Source: Psilocybe cubensis (Eukaryota). From it: 64,000 nucleotides of DNA. A program made the translations under genes and the position numbers. Positions 38,939 through 51,497 of this stretch are shown here, piece after piece. The stretch spans positions 2,604,001 through 2,668,000 of the forward strand of contig CM039005.1 in assembly GCA_017499595.2 (NCBI GenBank), read 5' to 3'. Numbering within the stretch: position 1 is the first letter of the stretch; each line of letters begins with the position of its first letter. A model generated the notes under the pieces. That model did not search any database. It was not told the DNA's origin and saw only the letters and a program-made list of their open reading frames with translations.

Positions 38939-41265
38939 GTGAGTAATGATTATAGCCATCCAGACTCCGTACTATCAACTAAACAGACAGTAGATTACAA
39001 TGCTATGTAAACCAATACAATAAATTTTTGGTCTTCCAAATCCACCCAATTTTTGGGGCCCGGTTTACATTGTCAAGCAATATCTTTATTAACTTTACAA
39101 TATCCAAACAATTATTTGTTCTACCCTGCAAATTCAAGTAAGAATTTTCGCATGTTTACGACAAGTCCGGTTGACCGGCCATTACATAACCGGTCGACAT
39201 AGGGGCCGTATGTCTTGGCCCGGCGCGTGTGTTAAATATAACATACGATCGCTCATTTGAAGTTTCACACACGGTAAGTACGATCCCTCTAATTTCTTAC
39301 GCCCGAGTTTTTGTGTCAAAAATACAATATGTTTGTGATTGCTGCAACCAGTTACTTAGGTGAGAGAAGTGAAGATGTAACAAAATGAACCGCGGGTATG
39401 ACAAAAGTCCGCTCTGTGGTGTCCGAGTATGCCTTAAGGTCAGTGATAGCTGCACATGTCATAGTAGATAAGATTAAAATCATCCAAACGGGGCCGCCTC
39501 AGTACACCACGGTTAAGTACTACGTGGAAATAGGATTTATGCTAAAACCGCGTGTGGCAGACTTGCACAAAAAATAACATCAATCTTGCTGTTGTCCGGT
39601 ATAGACTTTGATTATTTCCAAGTTCTAGCTGGCTAATGATTGCCTGCGGCACTGAATTTGTTACAGAGACATTGCAGAGACAGGTAGAAATCCTGGTTTT
39701 CGGGATTACTTCATTCTGAATCTATCGAAGACATTGACCTAAACTCGGGATTCAAGATTCATTTTGTGGGATTGATTTCACGTGGAATGCGGGTCCTGAA
39801 TGCGGCTCGAGGGACTTTGAGCAATTTTATATGGTTACAGTGGTTTCAGAGTTAAAGGTCCCTTATTCACTGAATGTGTACGATAAAGTACATTGTAGAT
39901 TACCTGTTATGGTTACTGTATATTCACTGGTTCAGTGAATTCTTTGAACTCACATGATATGTTCATGTATTTATGTTCATTGTATCGTATAGTACTGTAC
40001 AGTGTAACAACACTATGTGTTTCTCGAAGGGGTTCCACAGCACGTATGTCGCCGGTGTTTGGGATTTTGGCGAATTTGTTTGTTTGGTGTCTGCACCTAG
40101 CTTCCCTTGTTGTCCCATATGCAAAATGCCGTGGAAATCGTTGTACCACTCTTCGTAGTCCCATGGGTAATATGGGTCGTCCGGTACGTGGTTGGTGGTG
40201 TCATCATCTTCCTCCTCTGACTCTTCTTGGGGAGGGTGTTCTGTTTTCTTCTTCTTCTCCCAGCTTTTCTCATCGTTGTCCTTTCTCCTCTTTCCGGGCT
40301 TGTGCATGGTGAGCTCTCCTGCTGGTTGTGTATTCTCGCTGGACCTGATTTAGTGCGTTTTAATGTCTCGTCAAAGTGGGGTTGGTGTGTTTTTGGCGCA
40401 CAACTCACTTGTTTGGTTCCTCTTGTCTTGGCCTTTCCCTCGCTGCCATGCGTTGTCGTTGAGCTGTATTGTTATCGGGCCTGGTTGTGCCAACTTTACG
40501 CGGTTTATATGGTTTTCGGTCTGCGGGCTTCTTGCTCATTGCTACCCACGCTCGTTTCGGCTCGTCATTCTCGCAGGGTTCTGACTCAGGTTTTTTCCGT
40601 ATCCTGACGGTCGTAGTTATTCTCTGGTTGTACGTATGATGTGGGCTATGTGATTTTCGGGGCTCCTCTCAGGGAGTTACGCTGTCGTCCGTTGCGTCGT
40701 GTTCTGGGTTTCATTGACCTCTAGGGTGCCCATAGTGCATTCTCTTGTTAGGTAGTTGTTTGTGGGCATGGCGTACTCCGTTGTGTCAAGTTGTTTGGTG
40801 ACCCAGTTTCTGTGTGCGATCTGTCTTTGCTTTCCACGTCTCAATAAATCGCATCTTGTTACGTCGTGTTTTATGCATTTTTCTTTTAGTGTCTGGTTGG
40901 TTTTTGGGTTAGTTGTGTATCCTCTTACATATCTAGCTTTTATCTGGTATTATATGTGTCAGAGCTTGTGCTAGTGCTCGTTGATACAGTGTGATTGGGC
41001 TAGATTTTCGCGGCGTGCAACGCTACGTTGTCCATCTTTGACTCCACCACGGTTTTCCTTCTAGGGTGTTCAGGGTTCCCTGGGTTGTGTCTATCTTTCC
41101 TGGATCGCAAAGTCTCCTTTCTGAGGCGGGCTTATGCCTGTCTCAGTCTCAACCTTCCCCAGTGTTTATTGTGGGAAAATTTTTGAACGTGGTGGTTCAT
41201 GGTTAAGAAGCGATTTATTACACATTTTCAACTACAAGAAATCTGACAACCATACACAAATCTAG

Positions 41266-41606
41266 TGGCGCTTACCCGCGCACAAGCCCTGCTTATTGTA
41301 GTAGGCAACCCTACAGTACTCTCCCTCGACCCGCTGTGGCGCTCCTTTCTTAACTACATCCATAGCTGTGGTGGCTGGCGAGGCAAAGAAATCGACTGGG
41401 ATCCCAAGGAACCTGTCTTCTCAGATGGTTTGTACAATGCTACCAGGAAATCACAAGCAGAAGCCGAGTTAGAGGACACGATCGCCAAACTTTGCGCGAT
41501 GGTTATTCAAAAGCATGAAGACGATGGATTCGAAATTGATGATGAAGATGATAAAGATCAGGATGCAGCTGCGTTCGAAAGACCAATTCTACGAGAGGCG
41601 GAGTGA
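41266..41606 (+). pseudogene. Orphan last exon of a Upf1-like SF1 RNA helicase (MOV10/SDE3/Armitage-like)
   Basis: After an AG acceptor: VALTRAQALLIVVGNPTVLSLDPLWRSFLNYIH..GGWRG (SF1 motif VI plus a MOV10-type tail). No upstream helicase exons in the window. Confidence 0.75.
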
Positions 41607-41717
41607 GTAAATTTTGAGACCTGAGCGTGTTGTAGTTTGCTGTTGTATCATGAACCAGAAAGGGTTTACGTTGCCTGAAGCTAATATTAGGATATACACT
41701 TCAAAGTCCAACTCAAA

Positions 41718-42660
41718 TCATACCCAGTGATCCATCCCAGTAAGATTTTGGTAATATAAAAGAACCTGAGCCACATCATGGCTTGACAAAAAATTGTTGG
41801 CGAGCAAAACCTACAGACGGGGTGCTCAGTTTAAGACCAAATACCAGCAATATCAAGCACAAAGCTACTTACGAACAAGAAAAAGCGCAGTGCACTCCAC
41901 CCAGCTGCTTTGTGGATCATCCTCCAATATGTATCGATAAAGGCCTTGACACCTTTGACATAATTTGCGATGAATTTATTTCTAATTATATGCGTGTCAA
42001 TCATGTTTATATAGAAAGGTCTAAAAAGAGGTCTACTCACCGATTTGCCTGTACAAATATCCACCGTGCCCATAGAGCATGCATGACCTTGTGTTCTTCC
42101 TTCACATCGTCGCTTTCCCAAATTTTGTCCTCGCGATCGATAATTTCCCATGACAGTACTCCGTATTCCGCGAGAGGCAAGGTACCCAAGAGGTCGAAGA
42201 GGTAGGGTCCCCCTGGACGGCAACTATACGTGATGGTAGCACCTGTGATGTGACTTGGAACAGCCGCGATGCTTTCGTCGATGGCCGGACCACCACCGTC
42301 TCCGAGATGACTTGGAGACATTGGGAGGTAAGGGTATCGTGCGGCGGGCCCGAGAGGCGCGTCGGCGGGCGGAGGTGTCGGATAACGTGAAGTCGGCGAT
42401 CGCGGGCGTGGCTCTTCCATTGGTCTCGAGGAGCTGGGGGTGTGATCACTTGTGGCTGCTTTCATAGACACCTAAATATCAAATCTATAGAGAGAAAATT
42501 CTAATAAAAAATCGTACAAGTTCCCGGTCTCTTTCGCGGATCGTTAATGCTCGACATGGTTGATTGAACTGAGGATGATTATTGTACCTGTCCTCGGCGT
42601 GGCCTAGGTGTGTCTCCGACGGAGCACGCGCAGAGTACGATGTGTGCCTAGAGGAAGACC
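41718..42660 (-). pseudogene. 3' part of a conserved gene with a VEFS-box (SUZ12)-like C-terminal domain; 5' end missing or unclear
   Basis: Exons 42471-42041, 41981-41873, 41810-41718 splice in frame: ...REDKIWESDDVKEEHKVMHALWARWIF...NKFIANYVKGVKAFIDTYWRMIHKAAGWSALRFFLFVLLANNFLSSHDVAQVL... No convincing in-frame start upstream of 42471. Confidence 0.6.
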
Positions 42661-42950
42661 CGAGCACTTCACTGCGACTTTAAATTTGTTGCGCTGTGAA
42701 GTGTGTCGGAGAATGAAAAAACAGAGTGCAGTCACAGTCACTGCAGAGTGACTGCGCTCTGACGGCAACACTACGTCAACGGTCACAACGAATCAGTTTG
42801 AACAAGTTACACAGTAAATTTCAATCCATTTTGACCGCGGTACTGGTTTTTTGTTGCGTATGGTTGAAGATTGAATGTTCATATCATTCAGCGATCTTAT
42901 CACACAATAAAACCATATTGAATATGTCGAATCCAAACAACGCTCCCAGG

Positions 42951-43108
42951 CACACGCTCAAAAGCCTAAATAATCCAAAAAGGAGTGCGTCATTTAAAGT
43001 TCGTTGATACATGTTCGTTCAACAAGATACACACGCTCAAAAGCCTAAATAATCCAAAAAGGAGTGCGTCATTTAACGTTCGTTGATACATGTTCGTTCA
43101 ACAAGATA
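42951..43108. repeat. Near-perfect 79-bp tandem duplication
   Basis: cacacgctcaaaagcctaaataatccaaaaaggagtgcgtcatttaa.gttcgttgatacatgttcgttcaacaagata x2 (starts 42951 and 43030). Confidence 0.95.
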
Positions 43109-43183
43109 GGGTTGACTCGTGTGGCAAATAAAACACCGTTGAACTCTTCACCTGGTCTTACATCCTTCCCCTAACAAGCAATA

Positions 43184-44302
43184 ATGCCACTTGCTTCCAC
43201 CCTTAACAGTAAGCCCGTTTTTATGGGCATCTTATCATATAGCTTATTATGTTTTTCGCTAGAAATCCGACCAACTGAGCACAGGAATGGCAAGGTACTT
43301 CGATCACAGAAAGCTTTGCAACACACTAACAGCACACAGGGCCCAGCATCTCAACTGCGAGAGCTTCTTAAACTAGACAATAATGATCCCAATCATATCC
43401 GGGATATCTATGTTAGTTGCCTTTTCTCTCCTCGTAGACCCTCCTCTTATACCTTAACGACAGAATGACATCAAAAGGATCGGAGAAAAGTATTTGAAGA
43501 TAGAGCTTTGTCCCGCTGTTCAAGCGGAGAAATTAATATTCGTCCGTAAAGAGGTCTGTACATATTTCATGTTTCAGGTGTACAGTCCTTTGATCGCTTG
43601 CTTCCAACAGCTTGTCGAAAAATATCCAAATACATTTAACAAGCAAGATTCTGAGATACGGTTGTGTCTCGCGGAGCGTATGATTTTTCAAAACCATTAT
43701 TGGGCGCGTTATTTGCAAAAAAAAAAGGCAATTAAGCAACATTCTTCATTTTTGCAGCAGCTCATGAAACTCTACAGAAATTATCTGGCTTGAGGAGAGG
43801 AACGACCGTGGATAGAAAACCTATCCTGCAAGAAACCGTTTCATTCTCTTCGTCATCGAAAAACCCAACAAACTCCAATGGGTACCGCGATTATATCGTT
43901 CCAACCAGGTTCAGCAACGAGCCTGGGCCGTCAACAGAAACCGATACCGCAGGAGGGATACCGTCGTCACCCCAAACACTCTGGACAACACCCTCCAGAA
44001 GGTCGAATAATGCCAGCCGCAGTTCCATTGGTTCCATGCCATGCACACCATCCTCATCCCATGGAGGCGATGCCATTTATCACTTTCTCGACTCATGCTT
44101 ACCTTCCATGGCCCATCTTTGGGAGGATTTCGACGCTTATGGGCTTAACGATGAACAGATGCTCCTGGCTGTTTCAAGTTGGACACCAGAGCATATCAAC
44201 TCGTTTTTACACCGATTCGCGAATAAATGCCGGAAGCCTGTTTCCGAGATGGATATTGAAATGTTGCAAGTCCATTTCCTAAGTTATTTCAAGGGGGGGT
44301 AG
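43184..44302 (+). pseudogene. Four-exon hypothetical gene with a C-terminal helical (SAM-like) domain and one frameshift
   Basis: ATG 43184 and three GT-AG introns in frame. The frame breaks near the A-run at ~43717-43727 and resumes in ORF 43790-44302 (FLDSCLPSMAHLWEDFDAYGL...LLAVSSW). Could be a homopolymer sequencing error. Confidence 0.6.
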
Positions 44303-44505
44303 GGATGCACAGTTTTTTAAATTCTATTCAGTTTCTTCTTGATTTCTTGTAGTAACCGTTGTACCCAAATATTCATTCTTATAAAAATATACTGGTTCAA
44401 ATACATATATTGAAGTTATCTGGGAACAAGTACGCGCGCGCCATCATTTCTTTTGCCGGCGCCTGACCTTTGACTTTTGATCTTGAACCACCACCATCAC
44501 CAGCA

Positions 44506-45216
44506 ATGGCGCCCCGCGAACCCACCCGCGCACAGCTCTCCTCAAAACTCTTGTACCAACAAAACACACCCATCTTCCTGCTCAAACTGCAAAACCGCAT
44601 GAATGGAATCCCCGACGCAGACGACTTAGAAACCTATAACGAGGGCGACGACGACGAATTCGAGTACACAGGCGAGGGTCGTGCGCCCATCCCGCGAAGA
44701 CCCCGCCCAGCGATTCCCGAGCGCCCTGCAGATGACCCAGGGAGCGCGGATGAAGATGACGAGTTTGCCGACGAGAAGCCGCAGGTGGTGGTGTTGAAGG
44801 CTGGGAAATATCTCACTGAATTCGAGGCAGAGAACATCCGTCGTGCAGGTGCGTGGCATGCTTTCTGTTACCGCTCTAAACCTGATGAATTATGCTTTTT
44901 GTGTGTTACAGAAAAGGGCCTTCCTCCGCTGCTGTCTCCAGAAGAGAAAGCTGCTGCCGAAAAGGCAGCTTTGGAAGAGAAATCGGGTAAAGAGGCGAGC
45001 TCGTCGAGCTCGAAATCAGCTTCTCAGGGACTCTCGTTCTCCTCGTCGTCCAAACCGGGTACAGCAGGAGCAAAATCGAACAAAAGAAAAGCCATTGGGC
45101 AGCTCGACGAGCTCAAGGCCGAGTTGAAATCTAAGGAAAAGACCCCAAAAACCTCGTCGTCCAAGAAGGCCAAGAAGCAGAGCAAAACATTGCTCTCTTT
45201 TTGGGATGATACATGA
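44506..45216 (+). CDS. DUF4604-like small charged protein
   Basis: ATG 44506 and a 63-nt in-frame intron 44849-44911. N-terminal LxY...PxFL, DEKPQVVVLK.G..LT and K-rich C-terminal LLSFxDD are typical of DUF4604. Confidence 0.7.
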   Translation: MAPREPTRAQLSSKLLYQQNTPIFLLKLQNRMNGIPDADDLETYNEGDDDEFEYTGEGRAPIPRRPRPAIPERPADDPGSADEDDEFADEKPQVVVLKAGKYLTEFEAENIRRAGAWHAFCYRSKPDELCFLCVTEKGLPPLLSPEEKAAAEKAALEEKSGKEASSSSSKSASQGLSFSSSSKPGTAGAKSNKRKAIGQLDELKAELKSKEKTPKTSSSKKAKKQSKTLLSFWDDT

Positions 45217-45389
45217 GAACATATACGGGTTGAATTGAGTATACGCCGTTATCCGACGTGAATGCCGTCTTTGCATCGCCCTAATCTCTACGTTCGCGGT
45301 GTCGTGCGGAAGTTCGGGATACCTTCTATCTTCGTTTGCACCATCAATGGTATAGTACCATTGCCTCACACATCGCGCCTCCTTCCGCC

Positions 45390-46510
45390 CCTACTTTGCC
45401 TGTATATTTAGGGGTCGAATCTCTTCTAATTATCGATCGCGATAGACTGTACGCCTTCATGTTGACAGGTTGTACCTCTCAACCTCCAGTTCTTCCTTCA
45501 TTTCATCTTGAAGACTTTTCATCATTCTTCCAGCACGCACTATGCCTGGGAGTCAGGTATGCATCTTCAAAAATGGTTTGGGAAGTCGCATCTCCAATCA
45601 CATTAATTTTTTCCTCCTCAAATCTCGTTCAGTAAACGATCTCCAGCCGCCGTCTCAAGTCGTACATCCAACTTTAAAGCGCCTCGGCGTTCAACATGGA
45701 TGTCACCAACCAGCTCTGCAACCTAACCTCGCGAAAGTACGGTATACCGAGGTCCTTGATCTATCTCCCGTTTACAAACACCTCTTCACGGAATCCTCGC
45801 CTTACACATTGATCCGTCGCCCTTCCGTTCGCAATTTGGTCTGTCTACACATCTTTTGGGGGTCAGATCTTCAGGTCTCAGGGTTTCAAGTCGAATTTTT
45901 GCCTGCGATAGATCAGGTCTTGATGCGACCAGATTACACCTTCCGGCCTCAACTCGCCCATCACGATAGTTTGCTTCTTGGAAATTTTGTCAAGAACCCA
46001 GGCACCGACATGACCGCGAACATCGATTCACGTTACCTTTGTATACGGTGTTCGAGAACCGCGAGCTCTACGATTCTTCTCTAGTTTAGGTATTGTTGGG
46101 TTACAAGGTTTACATTTAAATACTTATGGTTTTAAAACTCAAAAGAAGTTTTAAGTTTGGGCGCGTTGGACGCAGGTGTGTATTCTTCAACACTCTGAAC
46201 ACTCTGCTTGCAATTGGGTATTGACATGTGACATCTTATCTAGCTTGCAGCTCCTCTCTTCTCCATCTATTCTATCTCCTGCCATGTTCATGTTCTGCGA
46301 GCAAAGCTGGCTCTGGTTCAATGTCGATTTACGCACAATCTAATGTACCACCACCACTGCATATCAGTCTTCAAAGTCGGATCACATGTTATCATCCATC
46401 ATCTACCTCCTTACTAATTTATTCATTCAATGCTTGATTTTAAACGTTACCTTGTGTCGTTTTGCGGGTGGAAAGTTCTTTCTTCTTTGATATTTTTCTT
46501 CAAGTATATT
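45390..46510 (-). pseudogene. Degenerate hypothetical gene
   Basis: One minus frame gives protein-like text interrupted by stops (IDVRGHVGAWVLDKISKKQTIVMGELRPEGVIWSHQDLIY...); the + ORF 45542-46084 looks like its antisense shadow. Confidence 0.35.
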
Positions 46511-46849
46511 GTTGAATGGTGGAGGATATAAGGCCCTGGTTACATTTTATTTCTTCTCAATTCTCGTTTTAATTAATGTGCAGTTTTGACTCGGTTGAGT
46601 GAATTTCTGGCGAGTTAATAGTCGGATAAATGTTGAGATCTAATAATAGACTGAAAAAAGAGCCTAACCAGCGGAGGTTAGCCCCGCCCGAAGGCCAGTT
46701 GGGGGCGTAACCGGTCTATCTACACAGAGAAAACTCACCGGGGTTGACAGAGGCAAACTGGGTAGTGTCGCAATATGGCAAAGGCCGCGCCGCAATACGT
46801 CATGACAAGGCTGCAATAACAAGGTCAGAACTCAATTTGGGAGAAACAA

Positions 46850-47780
46850 GTTTGTGGACTTACAGAGGTTTTCCACCTCGTTCTCGGGAAATCCAGACAG
46901 TGTACTCTGCTCGGCGATACGTCGACAGCAAACTCGCTGTAAAACAAGTTAAGCACAAATCACAAACAAAGTAAAACAGTGACTTACCAGCATGAATTCT
47001 TCGCTCGGCTCCTGGCAGAGGTTTTCCATGTAAAACCTATCCCCTGCTTTTGCAAAGTCCTGCACAGATGGCCGACCCTGCTCGGCGGACGGCCATACGT
47101 CGTGTCACAGCAAAATAACAACCTGTATAACAAGTTAAGCACAAATCATAAATACATTAAATAGTGACTTACCAGTTTGGAACTCTTGCTCGGCGGACGG
47201 CGATACGTCGTCTCAGAGGTTTTCCATGTAAAAACCAATCCCCGCCCTCTGAAGGTCCCGGAAATACGTGGAATCCACTCGTCGGACGGCGATACATCGT
47301 GTCAGAGCAAAATATCGAGCTGGATAACAAGGTAAGCACAAAACATAAATACATTAAAAGGAGACTTACCAGTGTGGAACTCTCGCTTGGCGGACGGAAA
47401 TATGTCATGTCAAAGGTTTTCCATGTCCAAACCTATCGCCTGCCTTCGGAAAGTCCTGCACAGATGGGCGACTCTGCTCGCCGGAGGGCGATACATCGTG
47501 TCAGAGCAAAATTACGAGCTGTATAACAAGGTAAGCACAAAACATAAAGAAAGAAAGTGAATGGTGACTTACTAGTGTAAAAATCTCGCTCGGCGGACGG
47601 CAATACGTCGTGTCAGAAGTTTTCCACGTCAAAATATATCCCTCGCCCTCTGAAAGTCCCGGGAATCCGCTCGCCGGACGGCGATACGTCGTGTCAGAGC
47701 AAAACCTCGAGCTGTATAACGCAACTACAACACGCGTCAACAGGGTAAATAAAGATACATAGCACAAACAATACTTACCA
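46850..47780 (-). repeat. Tandem array of ~185-200 bp units (4-5 copies), each with a minus-strand intron-like and exon-like part
   Basis: aacaag.taagcacaaa recurs at ~46944, 47129, 47326, 47526. Each unit has acttac (GTAAGT donor on -) and the sub-repeat ctcg.cggacggcgatac.tcgtgtcagag, usually twice. Confidence 0.85.
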
Positions 47781-48663
47781 GTATGCCGGACATTAAATAT
47801 CCAGTCGGAGCATTGCTGACCTGCTCGCGGGAACGCGATACGTCGTGTCAGAGCATTCCTTCTACACAATCAGTCAGCAGGCACACCAACATGGAACACA
47901 CAACACATACCTTTGTTGCACCACAGCATCTCTCGCCGGAAGACGATATGTCGTGTCAAAGCAAACTACACATGGGTCAGCAGGCATACCAACATGGAAC
48001 ACATATAACATACACCGCTCGCCGGACGTCCAAATATCAAGTCGGATTGCGGGAGCAGCCAACGAGTGAAGAGAAACGGACGGGCTGGCATACCGCAAGC
48101 ATAAAGGCATACTCTGCGGGTAAAGTACGTTCAAAACTCGTCACTCTTTATACCTTTTTTCTTGCCTCATTTTAAGGGTCTTTATTTTTTTAACTGCTAG
48201 TCTCATCATTCCCACTAGTCGTTCTCGTTACACATCCTCGGAGACGAGGATGTTGTAACTCCCGAAGTTGTAGAAATTGTAAAAATTTCATGCCATAACC
48301 CTCCCTCCGACGAAAACTTGCTTCCCTCCACTGTAAGTATTTACCTTTCCTCTCATTATTCATACAACGTTATTGATAATTCACATCCATAAACTCACAA
48401 ATATACATGACTTGCTGCCGCAATGCTCCAACATCCAGTGCTCCAATCTGCTCGATTGTTGAATGTTGCCTACCAACCGCGCTACACTTTACGTTTTTTT
48501 ACATTACACCACTTACGAGTATGTACACACCCTCCTCGCTGGCAGCACGTAACAAACTCCTACGTGTACTAACTAGCAGGTTCTCTCTCGTCCCAAAATA
48601 ACCCTCCTCCACTCACCCGCGCGCGACGCGTCGCGTTTCCCGCAGGTACACCACCCGCATGCG

Positions 48664-48936
48664 CACTGTAAAATCGCACTGGACAAACGCGTATCCCAAA
48701 ATGCACTGGACAAACGCGTATTCCAAAATACACTGGACAAACGCGTATTCCAAAATACACACGCGACGCGTTTCCTCGCCACGTCGCGCCGCGCCAGAGA
48801 TGCCTATCAGGCGCGTAAATCAATGACGAAATGCTGTAAAATTCATCAGCGCGCCTGCTTCCTTAAATTTACGATCCACATTAGGCTAGTACCACTCTCC
48901 CGATCCTCGAGAGCATCCTAATCTCGATTTACAGTG
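48664..48936. mobile_element. Putative non-autonomous CACTG-ended (CACTA/EnSpm-like) element with subterminal 27-bp repeats
   Basis: Ends cactgtaaaatcg / cgatttacagtg are inverted with one indel. Three 27-bp units cactggacaaacgcgtat.ccaaaat. at 48677-48757. Flanks cg / tg are an imperfect 2-bp TSD. Confidence 0.5.
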
Positions 48937-51497
48937 TGCAGAACAGCGTTTCACGTAACGCGTCGGGATGACGCACTTGTGTATGACCGTCAGTATGTAC
49001 CTTGATTTTCAGCTTATCAGTCTGCAACTTGATCAGGTTTCTTCAATCTTATCACTTGTACCTCGTAGGCTCTGCAGTCGCCCCTGGCAGCCAAATATAG
49101 ATCAAGTATGTAGCCGTGCACGACGAAATGCGATGCATTGGCAGCTCTAATCGAGGGATTCACTTGTGATATAGTGTTTATATGTTTTGCACCATCGCGT
49201 CAGTGTGTAGGTTAATAAATCTGTGTAAAATTGACTTGACAACAACTCGGAAAACGCTTCAACGCCCTTTCGCTTTAAAACACCTCGAATTGCAATTTCC
49301 ACCTAACTGCGCAGCATACAAAGCTCAAGACAGCTAAATACACTCACAAATACACAAATTCATCGTATCCCAACGCGATACACAGCCCGCGCGAACCGCA
49401 AACGCCGTCAACGCCGTCACCCTCCTCCTCTCCCGATTCATCGTTCTGCCCTTTTCAATCGTCTTCTTTCAGCAGCCTTCCCAATTCAGAATGGACTGCT
49501 CTAGATATAAAACACGTTCGGAGCTTCGCCGGTGCCCAGAAGCTCGTCGAAATGTGTGTTCGTTATGTGCATTTGCTGCACGAAATGCATACGTGGCGTT
49601 AATTCCGGTGTTTTTTCGTGTCTTTAAACGTCCCTGGGGTCTTTGAAGCGTTGAATAGGGGTGCATAGATGTCTGTGCGAGGTACGGGTGACGTCAGAAT
49701 GATTGGAAATTTGTAAAATGTTGGATGTTATTTGAACACGGCTACCACTCGTATTTACCGTTTGCACGTAGATTGCGAGTTCTGGAGGTTATCTAGGTCA
49801 TGTTACAGTAGTGCAATAGCATATTTGTAGTGATTTACACATTGAATTGTTGTGCCCAACAAAAATCTGTTGTGAAATTCGTTAAGCGCCCGAAAACACA
49901 ATCAACCATTCACACTCAAAACCACAAACAACACCTTATCCACATCCACACACACATATACCCAACACCCCCTTCCAACGCACTACAGTCCCCAACTCAT
50001 CCCGCCGCATATCTGAAGAGAAAACTCACCAACACCACAAATCACGTATGCCCACATCCTCCTCCTCTCCCGATTCGCGATTCAGGCCCATTTGCACCGT
50101 CTCCTTTCTATCCGGGAGTCATGCCGGCACCGTCCTAGAAGCTCTGCAATATGAGCTGCAACGAAAATTTTCGCGACATTCAAGGTGTGCTTTCATACGT
50201 ACCATGTCATTCTACGTCGATTTTGAGGGTTTTGGGGATTCCAGGGTGTTTTGGGTTGGTTTAGGGGCTGTGTGAATATGGTACGAGTTGGAAATTTGAG
50301 CTTGGAAGACCGAGATTTGCGGGTGAAGGAAATTGGTAACGTAGACAGTTGTAGATGCCCGACGGATGAAGAGAGCGGAATACGGCATTTCCAAGCTGTC
50401 TGTGGTTATTGGAGGTGTTTCTTGTTGTATCTAAATTTGGTTTACAGGTTTGAGTCCGAGTGAGGATGAATGAAAATCTTGGAATTCAAGATATCGTTCA
50501 TGGCGATTGATTAAGCGCCTATAACGTCAATAATGAATATACACGAGAAACAGCAAAAAAGGCGAAGCAACACTATGAAACTATTAATACTATGAATATG
50601 AATCTCACCTCCAAAGGACTGAATCGCCCGGACTGTCCCAACTATTCGAGGGAAGACGCATGGACCGAACCACCCAGACCCTCTTCTCCTCCCAACATCT
50701 CCATTACACCTAATTCCAAACACTTTTTTCATCTCGGGTCGGACCGACTAGCTCCTCGGCTATCCCTAACGTCATATTCTACTCCCAGGTACAGTTTTCT
50801 GTGGTCCAGAAGATGCGAGGATGTTGGTGATTGCTGCAATTTGAATGGGTGGTGGTGTTGGGTGCATTCGAGTTCTCCGTGGTGTACGTACGTTGTGAGG
50901 TGCGATTGGAGTTCCCGAGTCATGGATATTTTGAGATGGTGGTGTGTGATGTCGAGATTGGGAAACTCGAGTTGGATTGAGGTTGTAGAGGATTGAGCGA
51001 GTGCGATTGCATTGGAATCGGATACTGTGCATTCGGTGGTTCTATTACTTGCCGAGTTTACTTTTCGTGTCGATTCTGGATTTCTATAACTCGAACGTAG
51101 ATTAGTTGACAAACACCATGAGATAACAAACTTGATTGTGAAATCTGAATCGTCTCGCTTTCAAAACTAATCGAGACGGCAAATCTGAATTAACTTGGAT
51201 TCATCTCCAACCAACCAACCAACCAACTCAATTCTGACACACAAACGGACCATCGGCCCACATACCTCTCGTAACACACCTTCCAATAACAAACCGCACT
51301 CGAAAAACAGAATTTTGCACCCTTCGGCCTATAGCGAAGAGCGGGAGAAGTGACTAACGTAATGGGCGGATGTGCACGCGGGTATATAAAGACGCGTGTT
51401 TTTGGCTGGTTACTGCATCTTCTCATCCCCTCTCATCTCCTGCCTTCTTTTCCCCTCCTCTTTACTAGACTTTGGATTTGAAGACCCGACGGCCTCG

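Noticed and set aside
38960-41200. Classifying the insert between the ABC and helicase fragments as a specific transposon
   Set aside because: Strand-skewed, low-complexity DNA without RT, integrase or transposase motifs or clear termini.
45542-46084. 180-aa + strand ORF
   Set aside because: Reads as the antisense shadow of a decayed minus-strand gene.
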